A DNA stretch of 64,000 nt from an uncultured virus (IMG/VR IMGVR_UViG_3300024265_000044). Taxonomy: Duplodnaviria; Heunggongvirae; Uroviricota; Caudoviricetes. The translations under genes and the position numbers were made by a program. The stretch lies in IMG/VR virus record IMGVR_UViG_3300024265_000044; one strand, given 5' to 3'. The notes below the pieces were generated by a model, which saw only the letters and a program-made list of their open reading frames with translations, ran no database searches and was not told the DNA's origin. How positions within the stretch are numbered: position 1 is the first letter of the stretch; each line of letters begins with the position of its first letter. Shown piece by piece: positions 45,381 to 55,891 of this stretch.

Positions 45381-46689
45381 CGCGGACCTCACCATCCTCG
45401 ATGATGACGGCCGCCTCGTCGCCGTCGCCGACGCGCTCGAGCCAAACTTGCGATCCGGTCTCGGCCGCGAGCTCGGCGAGTAGTTTCATCCCTTTCGCGT
45501 CGAGGTTGGAGCCCTCGCGGATGAGCATGACTTTTACGCGTGGATTCAAGGCCGCACCGATCGCGACGCTCGCGCGGAGCTTGTCGGCGCTGTTGACTTG
45601 CTCGAAGGGGATCCCGTTCAGAGTGACGCCGACGTCCTCGAAGCCGAGGCCCTCGATCGGCATCTTGGCCTCGGCGATCGTTTTGCTCTTTTCGGCGTCG
45701 ATGTCCTCGATCCGCGAAGTCAATCCGCTCGCCTTGTCCTTGAGCTCCTCGACCTCGTCATCGAGTGCGGCGATCTTTTGGTTGGCGCGGACCTTGTCGT
45801 TGGTTTCCTCGACCGTGCGGAGGCTTTCGCGGATGGCGGCGACACCGGGATCGACGAAGTCCTTGATCTCGCGATGCTTGTCCATCGCGTCGCGGTTGGC
45901 AGCATCGAGCTCGGCGTCGACTTGCGGGAGTCCCTCGCGCGCTTCCTTGAGCTCCGCCTCGATGGCCTTGACCCTCGCGCCGAGCTCCTTGCGTTTGCGC
46001 TCCAAGCCGGCGGTGTTGCGGTCGAGGTCGCGCGCGCGATCCCTGAGCGCTTGGAGGTCTCGGATCTTGCCTTCCGCGGTTTCAACCTCGAGCGCCAACT
46101 CGACCACGCTCACGAGCTCACCGGGGGCGTCGTCATAGTGCGTTGCGGCCTCGGCTTGCGCTTCGATGCGTTTGGCGTCGCGGTTGACCTCGGCGCGCGC
46201 CTCATAGAGGCGTTTGCGTTTCGCGTCGAGCTCGGCGAAATCGAGATTGCAAAGCGTTTTGAGTGTCTCGTCTTGTTCCTCGGGTTTTTGCCGCGCGAAC
46301 GCCACCGGGTCGAAGGTCACCTTTTTGCACAACGCATCGAGGATCGCTTGCGGCGACTTTTGTACGACGCCGTCCGCATTCTTGACGGTGAGAACCGTTT
46401 TCGTCTCGCCGGCCTTGACGGTGAAGGTACGCTCAACGGTGAGCTCGTCGCCGAGCTTGACGAGGCCCGAGGCCTTGCGAGCGCCATGGCGGACCGGGTC
46501 CGGCGGGATCCCTTTCTTGCCTCCAAGGACGATCTCGATGGTGTTGAGGACCGAGGTTTTGCCCTCGCCGTTGTCACCTCCGATGATGACGACCGGATCG
46601 CCGCCAGGTTTGATCCTTACCGCTCGGAGCCCGAGGATGTTGGTGGCGCGGAGCTCAACAACGTGGAGCGTTTTCTCTTCGTCTGACAT
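45373..46689 (-). CDS. SMC/Rad50-like ABC ATPase
   Basis: GDNGEGKTS Walker A, long coiled coil, VNSADKL signature, LIREGSNLD Walker B-like. Confidence 0.85.
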   Translation of the reverse strand: MSDEEKTLHVVELRATNILGLRAVRIKPGGDPVVIIGGDNGEGKTSVLNTIEIVLGGKKGIPPDPVRHGARKASGLVKLGDELTVERTFTVKAGETKTVLTVKNADGVVQKSPQAILDALCKKVTFDPVAFARQKPEEQDETLKTLCNLDFAELDAKRKRLYEARAEVNRDAKRIEAQAEAATHYDDAPGELVSVVELALEVETAEGKIRDLQALRDRARDLDRNTAGLERKRKELGARVKAIEAELKEAREGLPQVDAELDAANRDAMDKHREIKDFVDPGVAAIRESLRTVEETNDKVRANQKIAALDDEVEELKDKASGLTSRIEDIDAEKSKTIAEAKMPIEGLGFEDVGVTLNGIPFEQVNSADKLRASVAIGAALNPRVKVMLIREGSNLDAKGMKLLAELAAETGSQVWLERVGDGDEAAVIIEDGEVRDA

Positions 46690-46700
46690 GTCAATCCCTT

Positions 46701-46946
46701 TCATTCGCTGCAAGCGCGGCGCATTGGGCATGAGGTACGCCCGACGCACTTGCGAGGGGAGTGGCAGAATGACGGGCAATCGCTATCGACCACGATGCGA
46801 GGGTCCGCCGGATAGGGGATCACTCTGGCGCGTCGAGGCTTTCCGAAGTTGTTGGCTAGCTGCAACGCGGCAAATTCGTTGTTTGCTTCAATCGTTCCGC
46901 TTGCGCGGTTGTCGAATTCGACCCAAAAGAAATCGTTCATGCCCAT
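46701..46946 (-). CDS. Small Cys-rich protein
   Basis: PYPADP, CPSFC...CVGRTSC...C. Confidence 0.6.
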   Translation of the reverse strand: MGMNDFFWVEFDNRASGTIEANNEFAALQLANNFGKPRRARVIPYPADPRIVVDSDCPSFCHSPRKCVGRTSCPMRRACSE

Positions 46947-47236
46947 GGCGCCCCTCGTTTCAAATCGTCGATGCGATGGTTGATTGTTCGGATTTCGCCA
47001 TCGACGCGGTAGCCAATCGCCTGCACGTCACCACTGAGGCGACTGGCGACGCGGTCGAGATTGGCGGTCGCGTTCGATTCGCTCTCGTCTTGACGTCGGT
47101 CGAGCCCGTCGAGCCGTACTTCGACGAGCCGCGTTTCCCTAGCGAGCTCCACAACTAGATTGCGGAGTTTCTCGAAAGAGTAGCCGTCGGAATGGTCGAA
47201 TTGCTCTAGCTCGACGATGATGCTTTCGAGGTTCAT
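46937..47236 (-). CDS. Hypothetical coiled-coil protein
   Basis: SD GAGG; 99 aa. Confidence 0.55.
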   Translation of the reverse strand: MNLESIIVELEQFDHSDGYSFEKLRNLVVELARETRLVEVRLDGLDRRQDESESNATANLDRVASRLSGDVQAIGYRVDGEIRTINHRIDDLKRGAPWA

Positions 47237-47242
47237 CGGGGC

Positions 47243-48103
47243 TCAATCCTCGCCCGGCTCGCGTTCGCGGCCGCCATCGGGGATCGTCTGTTGCGCGCCT
47301 CGAGGGCCGCCCTTGTGCCGATTGGCGAGCTTTTCCGCTTGGCTCTTCGAGTCGTCGCCGGTCGCCGGCAACGCGTGGCCCTCGGCCTCGATCACATCAT
47401 GATCGTCGAGGTCCCCCTCCGGCGTCTTGACGCCGCTCAGTTTTTCGTGGAGCCGAGCGAGGACCTTGCGGCGCGCCTTGCCAAGGACGGCGTCGATGCC
47501 CATGCCCGAATTGACGCGGACCGGGATCCGCAAGTCGAGCTCGCGATCTCCGACCTTGACGATGTCACAAATGAATTGCAGCGACCTACCTCCAACCCTG
47601 TAGTCGACGTGATACGGGACAAGGGCCGTCGCGCTGTCTTTGCCTTGAACCGGGACGCCTGGCTTGAAGTCTAGATCCGTCACGCCGGGAAACTCCGCAA
47701 CCGCGCGCTCAAAGCCCTCCTTGGTGAAGTACGCGTTGCCGGCGATGATGTTGACCTCGTTGCCGACGAGGAGAAAGCCGCGCATCATCGCCTCGATCGC
47801 GACCTCGCGCACCGTTTCGATCGAGTAGTTTTGCGGCTTGTCGTCGCGGTCCGTTTTGAAACCGAGGCGCGTGCCCATCAATGGCATAAACACATCGGCA
47901 ACGATCGCGTCGGTGAGCAAGTGCCTGAGCTCGCTCACACCCGCCGAGGTTTTGATTGTTCGTATCATCGCCGGCTTGGCCGCGAGCGCTTGCACCGAGC
48001 AACCCTCGACGATCGCTTGCGCCATCTCCATTGCCTTCTCGGCTTTCTCGATTGCCTCGCTCGAGGTGCGCGCGAGTGCCTTGGTTTCTTTTCTTTGGTT
48101 CAT
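47243..48103 (-). CDS. Probable single-strand annealing protein (divergent RecT/Bet-like)
   Basis: Coupled to YqaJ exonuclease; EAMMRGF...NIIAGNAYFTKEGF; C-terminal REPGED tail. Confidence 0.55.
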   Translation of the reverse strand: MNQRKETKALARTSSEAIEKAEKAMEMAQAIVEGCSVQALAAKPAMIRTIKTSAGVSELRHLLTDAIVADVFMPLMGTRLGFKTDRDDKPQNYSIETVREVAIEAMMRGFLLVGNEVNIIAGNAYFTKEGFERAVAEFPGVTDLDFKPGVPVQGKDSATALVPYHVDYRVGGRSLQFICDIVKVGDRELDLRIPVRVNSGMGIDAVLGKARRKVLARLHEKLSGVKTPEGDLDDHDVIEAEGHALPATGDDSKSQAEKLANRHKGGPRGAQQTIPDGGREREPGED

Positions 48104-49224
48104 CGTTTCGCCCTTCGTCTTTTCCGTGTGAGCCGAGCCCTTTCGGCGTGTTCTGGTAGCGTTGACTCCTCAAGTATTTCTTCGAGCTCCGACTTGCCCG
48201 GACTCGGCGCGATCGGCATCCGCTCGGGTGCATGCTTCATGGTGATCAGGCTTCGGACGTCGGTGCCCTTGTTCGCCTTGTTCCGCCAACACTCAACGCC
48301 GCCGACCGGCTCCGCCAAGATCCCGTGCGTTGCATGTCCGATGTGGGAGCGGATCAAGTTTTTCATCAGGTCGCGCCGCTTGGTGTCGGCGGTGATGCGC
48401 TCGCTCAACGCCTGAAACTCTCGCGTCCATTCGAGCGCTTCCTCTGGCAACCGGACCGCCGAGCCATCGCCGCGCGGATAGATGCGCGCGAGCGCCGTCC
48501 GCGACGACTCGGAGCCGTCCGGCGGTGGCGGCACTCGACGGCGGAGATGGTCCATAAACCAATCGGTGTACTCGGTGATGATGCGGTGGAGCTCGACGGA
48601 AGGCGTCACGACGATCTTGACCTCGCGACTCCTGTTCAAGAGTGCATAGACCATGTTGCGCGACGCGCCGGTCACCAACAATTGAACCTGGCTTTGGATG
48701 AGGACCCATTCGGGCATCGTCTCCGCTTCTTGATCCCAATCCTCGGTCACTTGCGTCGTCTTGCCCTCATTCGGGATCCAGCCCTCGCCGTCATTGCAAT
48801 CGATCTCGGCGTCGAGGGTGCAAGCCAGATCCGGCACGCTCCTCGACGCGAGCAAGAAGCCACCGGCCCGGTACTTCCAACCGTAGTATCGCGCCGCATT
48901 GGTTAGGATCGGTTGTTCGAGGACGTTGCCCCAAAACATCGGCGCGTTGGGTTTGTCGGGGCCCGGCTCAACCTTCGGCCCTCGCTCGGTTGTCTTGTCG
49001 AGAAACACTTCGAGCGCCGATTTGTTTTTGTTCTCGCCCATCACCGCGGCGACGTCGGAGGCGGTCAGAAAGTCAGCACGCCGCGCAAGCCAACGCTCGC
49101 GCGACCTCGGATCATTGTTGTCGTGGTAGACGCCTGTATACTCGCAATGCTGGCCGAAGGCCGTCACCTCGATCGTCGACAGCTTCGACGGATCCGTTGC
49201 CGGGTGGAGCTCGTGGACGGTCAT
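48100..49224 (-). CDS. YqaJ/lambda-exonuclease family protein
   Basis: WLARR..LTASDVAAVMG, WGNVLE, TLDA, EGKT, QSQVQL. Confidence 0.9.
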   Translation of the reverse strand: MTVHELHPATDPSKLSTIEVTAFGQHCEYTGVYHDNNDPRSRERWLARRADFLTASDVAAVMGENKNKSALEVFLDKTTERGPKVEPGPDKPNAPMFWGNVLEQPILTNAARYYGWKYRAGGFLLASRSVPDLACTLDAEIDCNDGEGWIPNEGKTTQVTEDWDQEAETMPEWVLIQSQVQLLVTGASRNMVYALLNRSREVKIVVTPSVELHRIITEYTDWFMDHLRRRVPPPPDGSESSRTALARIYPRGDGSAVRLPEEALEWTREFQALSERITADTKRRDLMKNLIRSHIGHATHGILAEPVGGVECWRNKANKGTDVRSLITMKHAPERMPIAPSPGKSELEEILEESTLPEHAERARLTRKRRRAKR

Positions 49225-49225
49225 T

Positions 49226-49876
49226 TTAGTCCGTCCACCAATCTTGCAGCTTCCCGCGGATGAATACAGCGGCGGCCGCGTGTCGATCGCGCTTGGTCTC
49301 GATAACCATCACCGGGCCCTCGTCGCTTAACCAAGCTGCCAGCCTCAAAGCGGTTAGGATTGGGAGCTCGCGCGCAACGCATCCATGTTGTTCGCTGTCG
49401 ACGCGAAACGCAGCGACGTCGCTCATCCGCGAAACCTCAACATCGCGCGAGCGGTCTCCGGATGTTGTTGGCGCCACTCGTCCCAAGTCGGCTTGAACAG
49501 CACCCGCAAGCGATCACCATGCCGCGAGAGCGTCGCCACCGTGCCGCATGAGGCGCAACAGATCGGCACACCGACATAGCACTTGGAGTGTCCGCCACAG
49601 TGGCAACGGACCTCGGCCGAGATCACCGGATCGCTAGACATGCGGATTGAGCCTCGCGCGCTTGTCGAGGCCGCGATCGTGGAGGTCCTCGAGGGTCTCT
49701 TCGAGGTCGCTCACTCGCGATTGGAGGCTTTCGATTTCTTCTTGGTGATGTTCCTCGAGAAGCGTGAGCGCCATGCACCAACCCTCATGCGTCTCCATGA
49801 TCGTGTGATCGTCGTCGTCGGTGGACTCGCGGCGATGCCCATGGCACCGCTCGCATTTGGTGAACACGAAAGCCAT
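49226..49876 (-). other. Three coupled small ORFs (49226-49426, 49423-49641, 49634-49876)
   Basis: Overlapping start/stop codons; two carry CxC/CxxC motifs. Confidence 0.55.
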
Positions 49877-50175
49877 TAGCGATCGAGCTCCTCGCGCGCG
49901 ACCTTCGTCATCGCGGCGACGACTTCGCCGAAGGCCTCGGCCGCCGCGCGCGGGTCCTTGCCTTGGCTCACCGCCCAAGCTCGAAGCGCTTGCGCGCATG
50001 TCCGCGCCTCGGCGATCTGCTCCTTGTCGGCCTCGCCGAGCCTCTTGCGCGTCTCGGCCCACAACACGACAAGCAACGACGCCGTCGCATCGCGACCGAG
50101 CAGAACGAAGTAAGGCTCATCCGGATCGGCCTTGGCTAGGCAATCGTAAATGGCTGGTTTGTTTTTCGTTCCCAT
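49876..50175 (-). CDS. Conserved phage hypothetical protein
   Basis: YDCLAKADPDEPYFVLLGRD motif; SD GGGAG. Confidence 0.7.
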   Translation of the reverse strand: MGTKNKPAIYDCLAKADPDEPYFVLLGRDATASLLVVLWAETRKRLGEADKEQIAEARTCAQALRAWAVSQGKDPRAAAEAFGEVVAAMTKVAREELDR

Positions 50176-50176
50176 T

Positions 50177-51222
50177 CTAGCGATCTCCCTTCGTTTCGTT
50201 TCGAGCTGCTCGCTTCCGCACCGCCCAAATGCCGATCACAGAGGCACCGAACCGTCCTTCAGTCGCGTGCGTGTCGATGAGATGCCAGTCGTCGCCAGTC
50301 CGTCCCGCCGGTGGGTTCATCGTGGTTTCGCTTTTTGGGATCGCGTCCGCCACCGCAACAACAATCCATTTTCTGCGGTCAAGCGGAAACACTGGAGAAT
50401 CGGTCGGACGCAAGGATGCTTTGAGCGTTACGCCGCGCCGCGCGAAAAACTCGTGGATGGTGATCATGAGTGAATCACACCGGCTGGCTTCCTCGTCGTT
50501 CGGCGGCTCGGCTTCGAGCACATCGAGCCGCGCACTGAGCTCCTTGATGACGACGAGCAATGCGAGATTTTGCAACGCCAACCGCTTCACATCGTTGCTA
50601 ACCGTCGCGTATGCGATCCTCTTCGCATCTCGCTCGAACGCGTCCGCGTTGAATTCGAGCTCAGGCATCTCAACCCAACTCCGAGATGTGCGGAACCTCG
50701 GGCGGCGGCCGCGGAAACCACTGGATCAAGTTTTCTTGTTCGAGATAGGGCGGCGGCGACGGTTGGTTGCACCACTCGAGCGGTCCACCTTTTCGAAACG
50801 ACTTGGCCCACATCGCGTTTGATCCATGCGCGTCGCCGAGGTGACCAAATCCTCCAGGTGTTGGTTCTCGTCGGTGCTCGTTGCCGTCTTGGTACGTCTC
50901 GACTTTTTCGCGCGTCATCAACGCGATCAATTCTTCTTTGGTCGCCGCGCATGCGACCGGTTGGACTTCCTCCGAGTGCGCGGTCCTCATGTCGTTGAGG
51001 AGCAAAACCCACCAACCGGGCTCAAGTTGCATGAGCTCGCTCCCATGCATCGACTGAGAATTCAGTCGGGACCTCGTCGGTGTGACAGGGCTCCACGAAT
51101 TCGATCGACCTCGGCGCGTCGCCAGGCTTGATCGCTTTGATGGTGTAGCAGTGTCCGCGAAACTTCACGCGGTCGCCGACGTCGATCGGCTCGCCGGTTG
51201 AATCCATTGGGGCTGTTGACAT
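50177..51222 (-). other. First three ORFs of the leftward operon (51022-51222, 50670-51032, 50177-50668)
   Basis: SD AAGGAGA before 51222; tightly packed. Confidence 0.6.
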
Positions 51223-51329
51223 ATTCGGTGATTCTCCTTGGATTCCCCTACTACAGCAGTCAATACCGAGGCGTCAAACTTCTTTACGGCCTTGCCTTTT
51301 TTCCTTACCTCCGATAAACCACGTTTCCG
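51223..51329. promoter_or_regulatory. Divergent control region
   Basis: AT-richer gap between oppositely oriented operons; leftward TTGACG at 51277-51272 and rightward TTGCCT at 51292-51297; -10 boxes imperfect. Confidence 0.6.
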
Positions 51330-51548
51330 ATGGCTACGGCAGCGAAACAGACGACCCGCGGAATCAAAAGTTGGATTGAGTTTCACAACATTACAGTTGC
51401 CAGCATCGCGGAGAAATCTGGCGCGTCGAAGCCGACCGTATACGCATGGCTCGCCGGAACCTCGGCGCCTTCTGTCGACCAAGCGCGCGAGCTCGAGGTT
51501 TGGAAGCCCGGCTTTCTCTCGCAAATCAAGTTGGAGTCATCGACGTGA
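51330..51548 (+). CDS. Cro/XRE-like HTH regulator
   Basis: TVASIAEKSGASKPTVYAWLAGTSAPS. Confidence 0.8.
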   Translation: MATAAKQTTRGIKSWIEFHNITVASIAEKSGASKPTVYAWLAGTSAPSVDQARELEVWKPGFLSQIKLESST

Positions 51549-51672
51549 TCCGCCAACTCGCCATCGTCGCCGACGTCATCGCATCCGCGATTGGCCACAT
51601 GTTCTATCTGTTGATTTGTTGGGTCCTCGGGCATGAGCCGATCATGTGGATCGACGGCGAGGACCTCGCGCG

Positions 51673-52182
51673 ATGAAATACGTGACGAGCGCGGCGGAGT
51701 TTTCATCCGATCGCCGCTACCGATACAGCCTCACGCGGATTTGGGATCGAAAGGCGCCGATGCTTTTGGTGTGTGGGCTGAACCCGTCGAAGGCAGGCGC
51801 GGCGGATGACGATCAAACGGTGCGCAAATGGGTCGGCTTTGGGGAGCGTCTCAAGTATGGCGGTTTCATTGCGGTCAATCTGTTTGCGTGGATCGCGACG
51901 AGGCCGGCGGAGCTCGGCCAGGCCGCGCGGTGCAGTCACGACATCATCGGGCCCTTGAACGACCTCACGCTTTTCGGCGAGGCCGCGCGCGCCGATCGCA
52001 TCATCGTTTGTTGGGGCGTTCAACCTTATCCGGGACGCGCGGCCGTCGCGCTCAAGCTCATGAACAATCCGGAAGGCCCGCGGAAGTTCTGGTGTTGGGG
52101 TTTGACGAAGGACGGCCACCCGCGACATCCATTGCGGCTTGCTTACGCGACGCCGCTTCAACGCTTCAAGGTCGCAGGATGA
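51673..52182 (+). CDS. DUF1643 family protein
   Basis: YRYSLTRIW, GLNPSKA, DDQTVRK, VNLFAWIATRP, GHPRHPL. Confidence 0.9.
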   Translation: MKYVTSAAEFSSDRRYRYSLTRIWDRKAPMLLVCGLNPSKAGAADDDQTVRKWVGFGERLKYGGFIAVNLFAWIATRPAELGQAARCSHDIIGPLNDLTLFGEAARADRIIVCWGVQPYPGRAAVALKLMNNPEGPRKFWCWGLTKDGHPRHPLRLAYATPLQRFKVAG

Positions 52183-52871
52183 AAAACCTCCAACTTTCGG
52201 ATCAACTTTCCGAACGTGAAGCGGCCGGCGCGAAGGACGTCACGCGGCGGATCATCACCAAGGTCGGGCCCGACTTTGGACGCGCGCGCCTCAACGGTTG
52301 GGACGGCAAGATTGCGACGTTCGGCGATTCGATCCCCGATGACCCGGTCCCGATCAAGGTGCGAGCTCGCTACCTCGAGGGCGATGTTGTGTACCTCGGC
52401 GAGTCGCTCGTCAAGCGCGACGGCTTGGAAAAGCGCGACGACTTCCGGGTTGCCAAGTATCGGCGCGACCTCGGCCCGGTCCTGGCCGACGATGGTTTTG
52501 CCGTCGTTTGGCGGTGGCAGGTCAAGACGCTCCCCGCTCGCTATTGTCCGGCCGTCCACGCGCGTCGGTTCGGTCGCATCGTGAGCGTCCGACCTGAGCA
52601 ACTGACCGAGCTCGACGCGGCCGAGGCGAGGCGTGAGGGCTTCCCGTTGCCAGGTATCCAACCGGCGAAACTCACAGTCACCGACGCCGGCAAGTCGACG
52701 ACGAGCGATGCGCAAATCATGTTCGTGTGTCCGCTCGTCGCGATGGTCGCATATTGGCGCGGGCTTCACGGTAGCAAGTGGGACCCGCAAACTTGGGTTT
52801 GGCGCATCGAGTGGAAAAGCATCACGCGCGCGGAGGCCTTCGAGGCCGAGGCGGAAAGGCTCGCCGGATGA
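52179..52871 (+). CDS. ASCH/PUA-like phage protein
   Basis: GAKDVTRR, GDVVYLGE, VRPEQL...EARREG, WVWRIEW. Confidence 0.65.
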   Translation: MKNLQLSDQLSEREAAGAKDVTRRIITKVGPDFGRARLNGWDGKIATFGDSIPDDPVPIKVRARYLEGDVVYLGESLVKRDGLEKRDDFRVAKYRRDLGPVLADDGFAVVWRWQVKTLPARYCPAVHARRFGRIVSVRPEQLTELDAAEARREGFPLPGIQPAKLTVTDAGKSTTSDAQIMFVCPLVAMVAYWRGLHGSKWDPQTWVWRIEWKSITRAEAFEAEAERLAG

Positions 52872-54043
52872 GGACCACAGAAGAGCTGACAGACGAGCAA
52901 AAGCGACAATCGCATTTCGACGAATGGGCGCGGGCTTTGGAATTGTGGAATGACGCGGCCGCGGAAGTCAGGGCCGAGGTCGACCGCTTCCAACGAGTCA
53001 AGAGCCAACACGAAAGTTTGTGGCAACGGCTCATCGAGGCGCGCGAGCTCGCAGCCAAAACGCTCAAAGTGCGGCGCGTAACCCTCGACGAAGCAATGCC
53101 GCGGCCGACCATTCAACAGCGGGACGCGCTATGAAGCACAACGATTGGTGGCGCATCGAAGTCGACGCGACCGGCGTTGTCATCTCCTATGAGAAGGTCG
53201 AGCAAGCGAAGGACAAGGAGGCGGCCGGCGTCGTGGCGTTCAACGAGTATTGTCGCCACCGCTTGCGCGTCCGGCGCGCCATGCTCGAAGCCGAGGGCAA
53301 ATGCCGGTGCGGTGCGGAACGCGAGCAAGACCGTTTCAAGCGGTGCAACCGGTGCCGCGAGCGAGCTCAACTCCACCGAGCTCGTCACCTCGCCAAGAAG
53401 CGCGGCGAGAACATTGCCCCGCTCGACCGGCGCTCCACGTTGCGTGAGCGGAGCGAGAGCGAGCGAGCCGACTTGCGGATCGAGGTCCTCGTTGAGGTCG
53501 AGCGCGCTTGGCTCGACTCGAAGAGCTCCGGCGACTTCACGATTTGGCTCAGTCGGCAGATCATCAAAGGCAAGAAGGACACCGCGGCATGATGACCAGT
53601 GAACGAACGCGCATTACGCGCGCGCTCAAAGTCCTCACTCGGCTCAACGAGGTCAGGGGGCAACCGGACGAAGTCCGCGCGACTCTGTTCGTCGAGGAAG
53701 CCGCGCTGGAGGATGAGCTCGACAACATCGACGGTGAAGGTCGGTTCAACCGCAAGGATACGGAGTGGTATGTGCGCGGCCGACCGGGTCCTATGCAACC
53801 CGGAGAGCGGAAGCGGTGAGCAAGCAACCGACAACCGCGACGAGCTCGCCGATCGAGACCTCGTGGAAAGTTATCCTCAAGTGTCCGAATTGTGACGTCC
53901 GGATCGGGCCGATCGCGGACGTCACAACGCAACGGCATGATGATGCGCTCAAGGCTGCGGAAGCCAAGACCGGGATCCCTCGCGAGTGGCTTGAGGTTGT
54001 GGCCTACGACGTCGGCGCGCTCGGGCCAACGGTGAAGGCGTGA
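52868..54043 (+). other. Four coupled small ORFs (52868-53134, 53131-53592, 53589-53819, 53816-54043)
   Basis: All joined by ATGA/GTGA overlaps; two have zinc-finger Cys pairs. Confidence 0.6.
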
Positions 54044-54477
54044 GCAATTACATCGATCTGACCGGCGCGCGGGTCGGACGCCTCAGGGTATTCGGTCGCG
54101 ATTTCAGTCGAGGAGCGACGGGCCATGTTCGTTGGCTTGCTCGATGTGAATGCGGTGAGATCGTGAGTCGCGAGGGGCGGCACCTTCGATGCGCGATCGA
54201 GAACGATTGGAATTCGGCTTGCCGCAAGTGCCAGAGCATTGGACGGCGCGGGCCCGGTTTCTGTTGCAACGAGTGCGGCCAGAGTGGCCACAACCGAAGC
54301 ACTTGCCCGATCCTCGCGGGAGTCGTCTCGCGGTTCTGTGGGACATGCGCCGGCCTCGCACATCGGCGGCCAAGGAATCGCGTTTGCGACTGTGGCGAGG
54401 AGTATTACCCGGACCGCGTGCGGTGGTCGCGAGTGTTGGAGCTCCCACGAGATGACCGGACGGTGAACCCGGCATGA
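54040..54477 (+). CDS. Multi-zinc-finger protein
   Basis: DLTGARVGRLRV...WLARCECG module and CCHC knuckle CNECGQSGHNRSTC. Confidence 0.7.
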   Translation: MSNYIDLTGARVGRLRVFGRDFSRGATGHVRWLARCECGEIVSREGRHLRCAIENDWNSACRKCQSIGRRGPGFCCNECGQSGHNRSTCPILAGVVSRFCGTCAGLAHRRPRNRVCDCGEEYYPDRVRWSRVLELPRDDRTVNPA

Positions 54478-55182
54478 GCGTTTACATCGTCACCGACGAG
54501 CACGGGATCCGACTCAGGATCCCGCATCCATACGATGAGCGCGCGGTTGCGACGCATTTGCTCGGGATCGGGCCTGAGCTCGCTCGTTCGCTCACCGTTG
54601 TCGAGGTCCTCGAAACGATCAGACACGACCCGGCGCGCTTCTTTTGGCTCGGCGATGACCGCGGGCCTCTCGAGACCATCCGCGACGCGTACAACGAGAC
54701 GAAAGGGCCGAAGCGTTGACAACTTGGTGCATCGACTGTGAGCTCAATCTCGGCGCGGTGATCCGTCCGGACGGCTCGCAAGCGTCGGCATGCAACGAGG
54801 CCGACGCCGAGGACGTCGCGCGCGCCTTCGAGGATGACGAGGACGATGGCCTCGGTGACACCGAGTGGCTCGCCAGGTTTAAGGCATGCCGCGCAGCGGT
54901 GCCCGTTGAGCTCGACATGTTCGATCGGCCGGTGCGGCGATGAGCGTCGTTATCATCCAGAGCGTCGTTGTGATGCATCCACTCGTCGAAGGCGGCGACC
55001 CGATGCATTTCGAGGTCAAGCAGCCCGAGGCCATGTGGTTTTGGGTTGGCTTGTTCCGAATGCCACTCAAGGACGCTTGCGCCGTCATTCACCGGCGCGA
55101 CAACCTCGACGAGTGCAACCGCATTGCCAAGGCCGCATGCGCGAGGGCTTACGGCGAGCCGCCGCCGTTGGTGGAGTTATGA
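54474..55182 (+). other. Three coupled small ORFs (54474-54719, 54716-54943, 54940-55182)
   Basis: Four-base start/stop overlaps. Confidence 0.6.
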
Positions 55183-55877
55183 GATTGCGCGACGTGGAAG
55201 TGAGTCGGCATATCTTCGAGAAGCATCGTCTCGTATACGACGCGCGCGCGGTCCTCATCGATAGACGCGAGCCAGTCGTCTGGATCTCGGTCGCGTTTTC
55301 GACTGTTACACGAGCGGCAAGCGGGGACGATGTTCCACGGCGTCGTTGTTCCGCCCTTGGAGACCGGTACGATGTGATCCCAACTTTCGGCCGGGTTGCC
55401 GCAATAAGCACACTCGCCGTCGAAATAATCAAGCAACACCTCACGCGCCTCCAGAGGCACGGCATCGACGCCACGACGGCGTTTGCTCACTTGGTTTTTC
55501 CGATAGTGTCTAAAAGCGGCGTCGTTTGCATAGCGGCGTCGCTCGTCGGCGTTGCGATGAACCTTGCACCGACCATTGCGGATCGCATTCGTCGGGAACC
55601 ATCGAGCACAATCACAGCACCACGATTCGCCAACGCTCGCGCGCACGCGTCGTTCTCGGTTTGTCGGTCGGCCGTCAGACACTTGGTCGCGACATTCGAT
55701 GCAGGCCGATGCTCGACCGTCGCCGCGACTTTTATCGCGTCCGAAGGCGTCGCGCTGTTTCCACTCCCGACATCGGTTGCACCATTTCTCACCGGACAGA
55801 ATCTTGGACGCATAAGCGGCCGGATTAAGTCCGAGCCGATGCGCGGCAACTTTCATCGCTCCATGTCGACTTCCCAT
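55149..55877 (-). CDS. HNH endonuclease, antisense to its operon
   Basis: CAYCG...WDHIVPVSKGG...NIVPACRSCNSRK. Confidence 0.88.
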   Translation of the reverse strand: MGSRHGAMKVAAHRLGLNPAAYASKILSGEKWCNRCREWKQRDAFGRDKSRGDGRASACIECRDQVSDGRPTNRERRVRASVGESWCCDCARWFPTNAIRNGRCKVHRNADERRRYANDAAFRHYRKNQVSKRRRGVDAVPLEAREVLLDYFDGECAYCGNPAESWDHIVPVSKGGTTTPWNIVPACRSCNSRKRDRDPDDWLASIDEDRARVVYETMLLEDMPTHFHVAQSHNSTNGGGSP

Positions 55878-55891
55878 GCGGAGGCTTCAGA

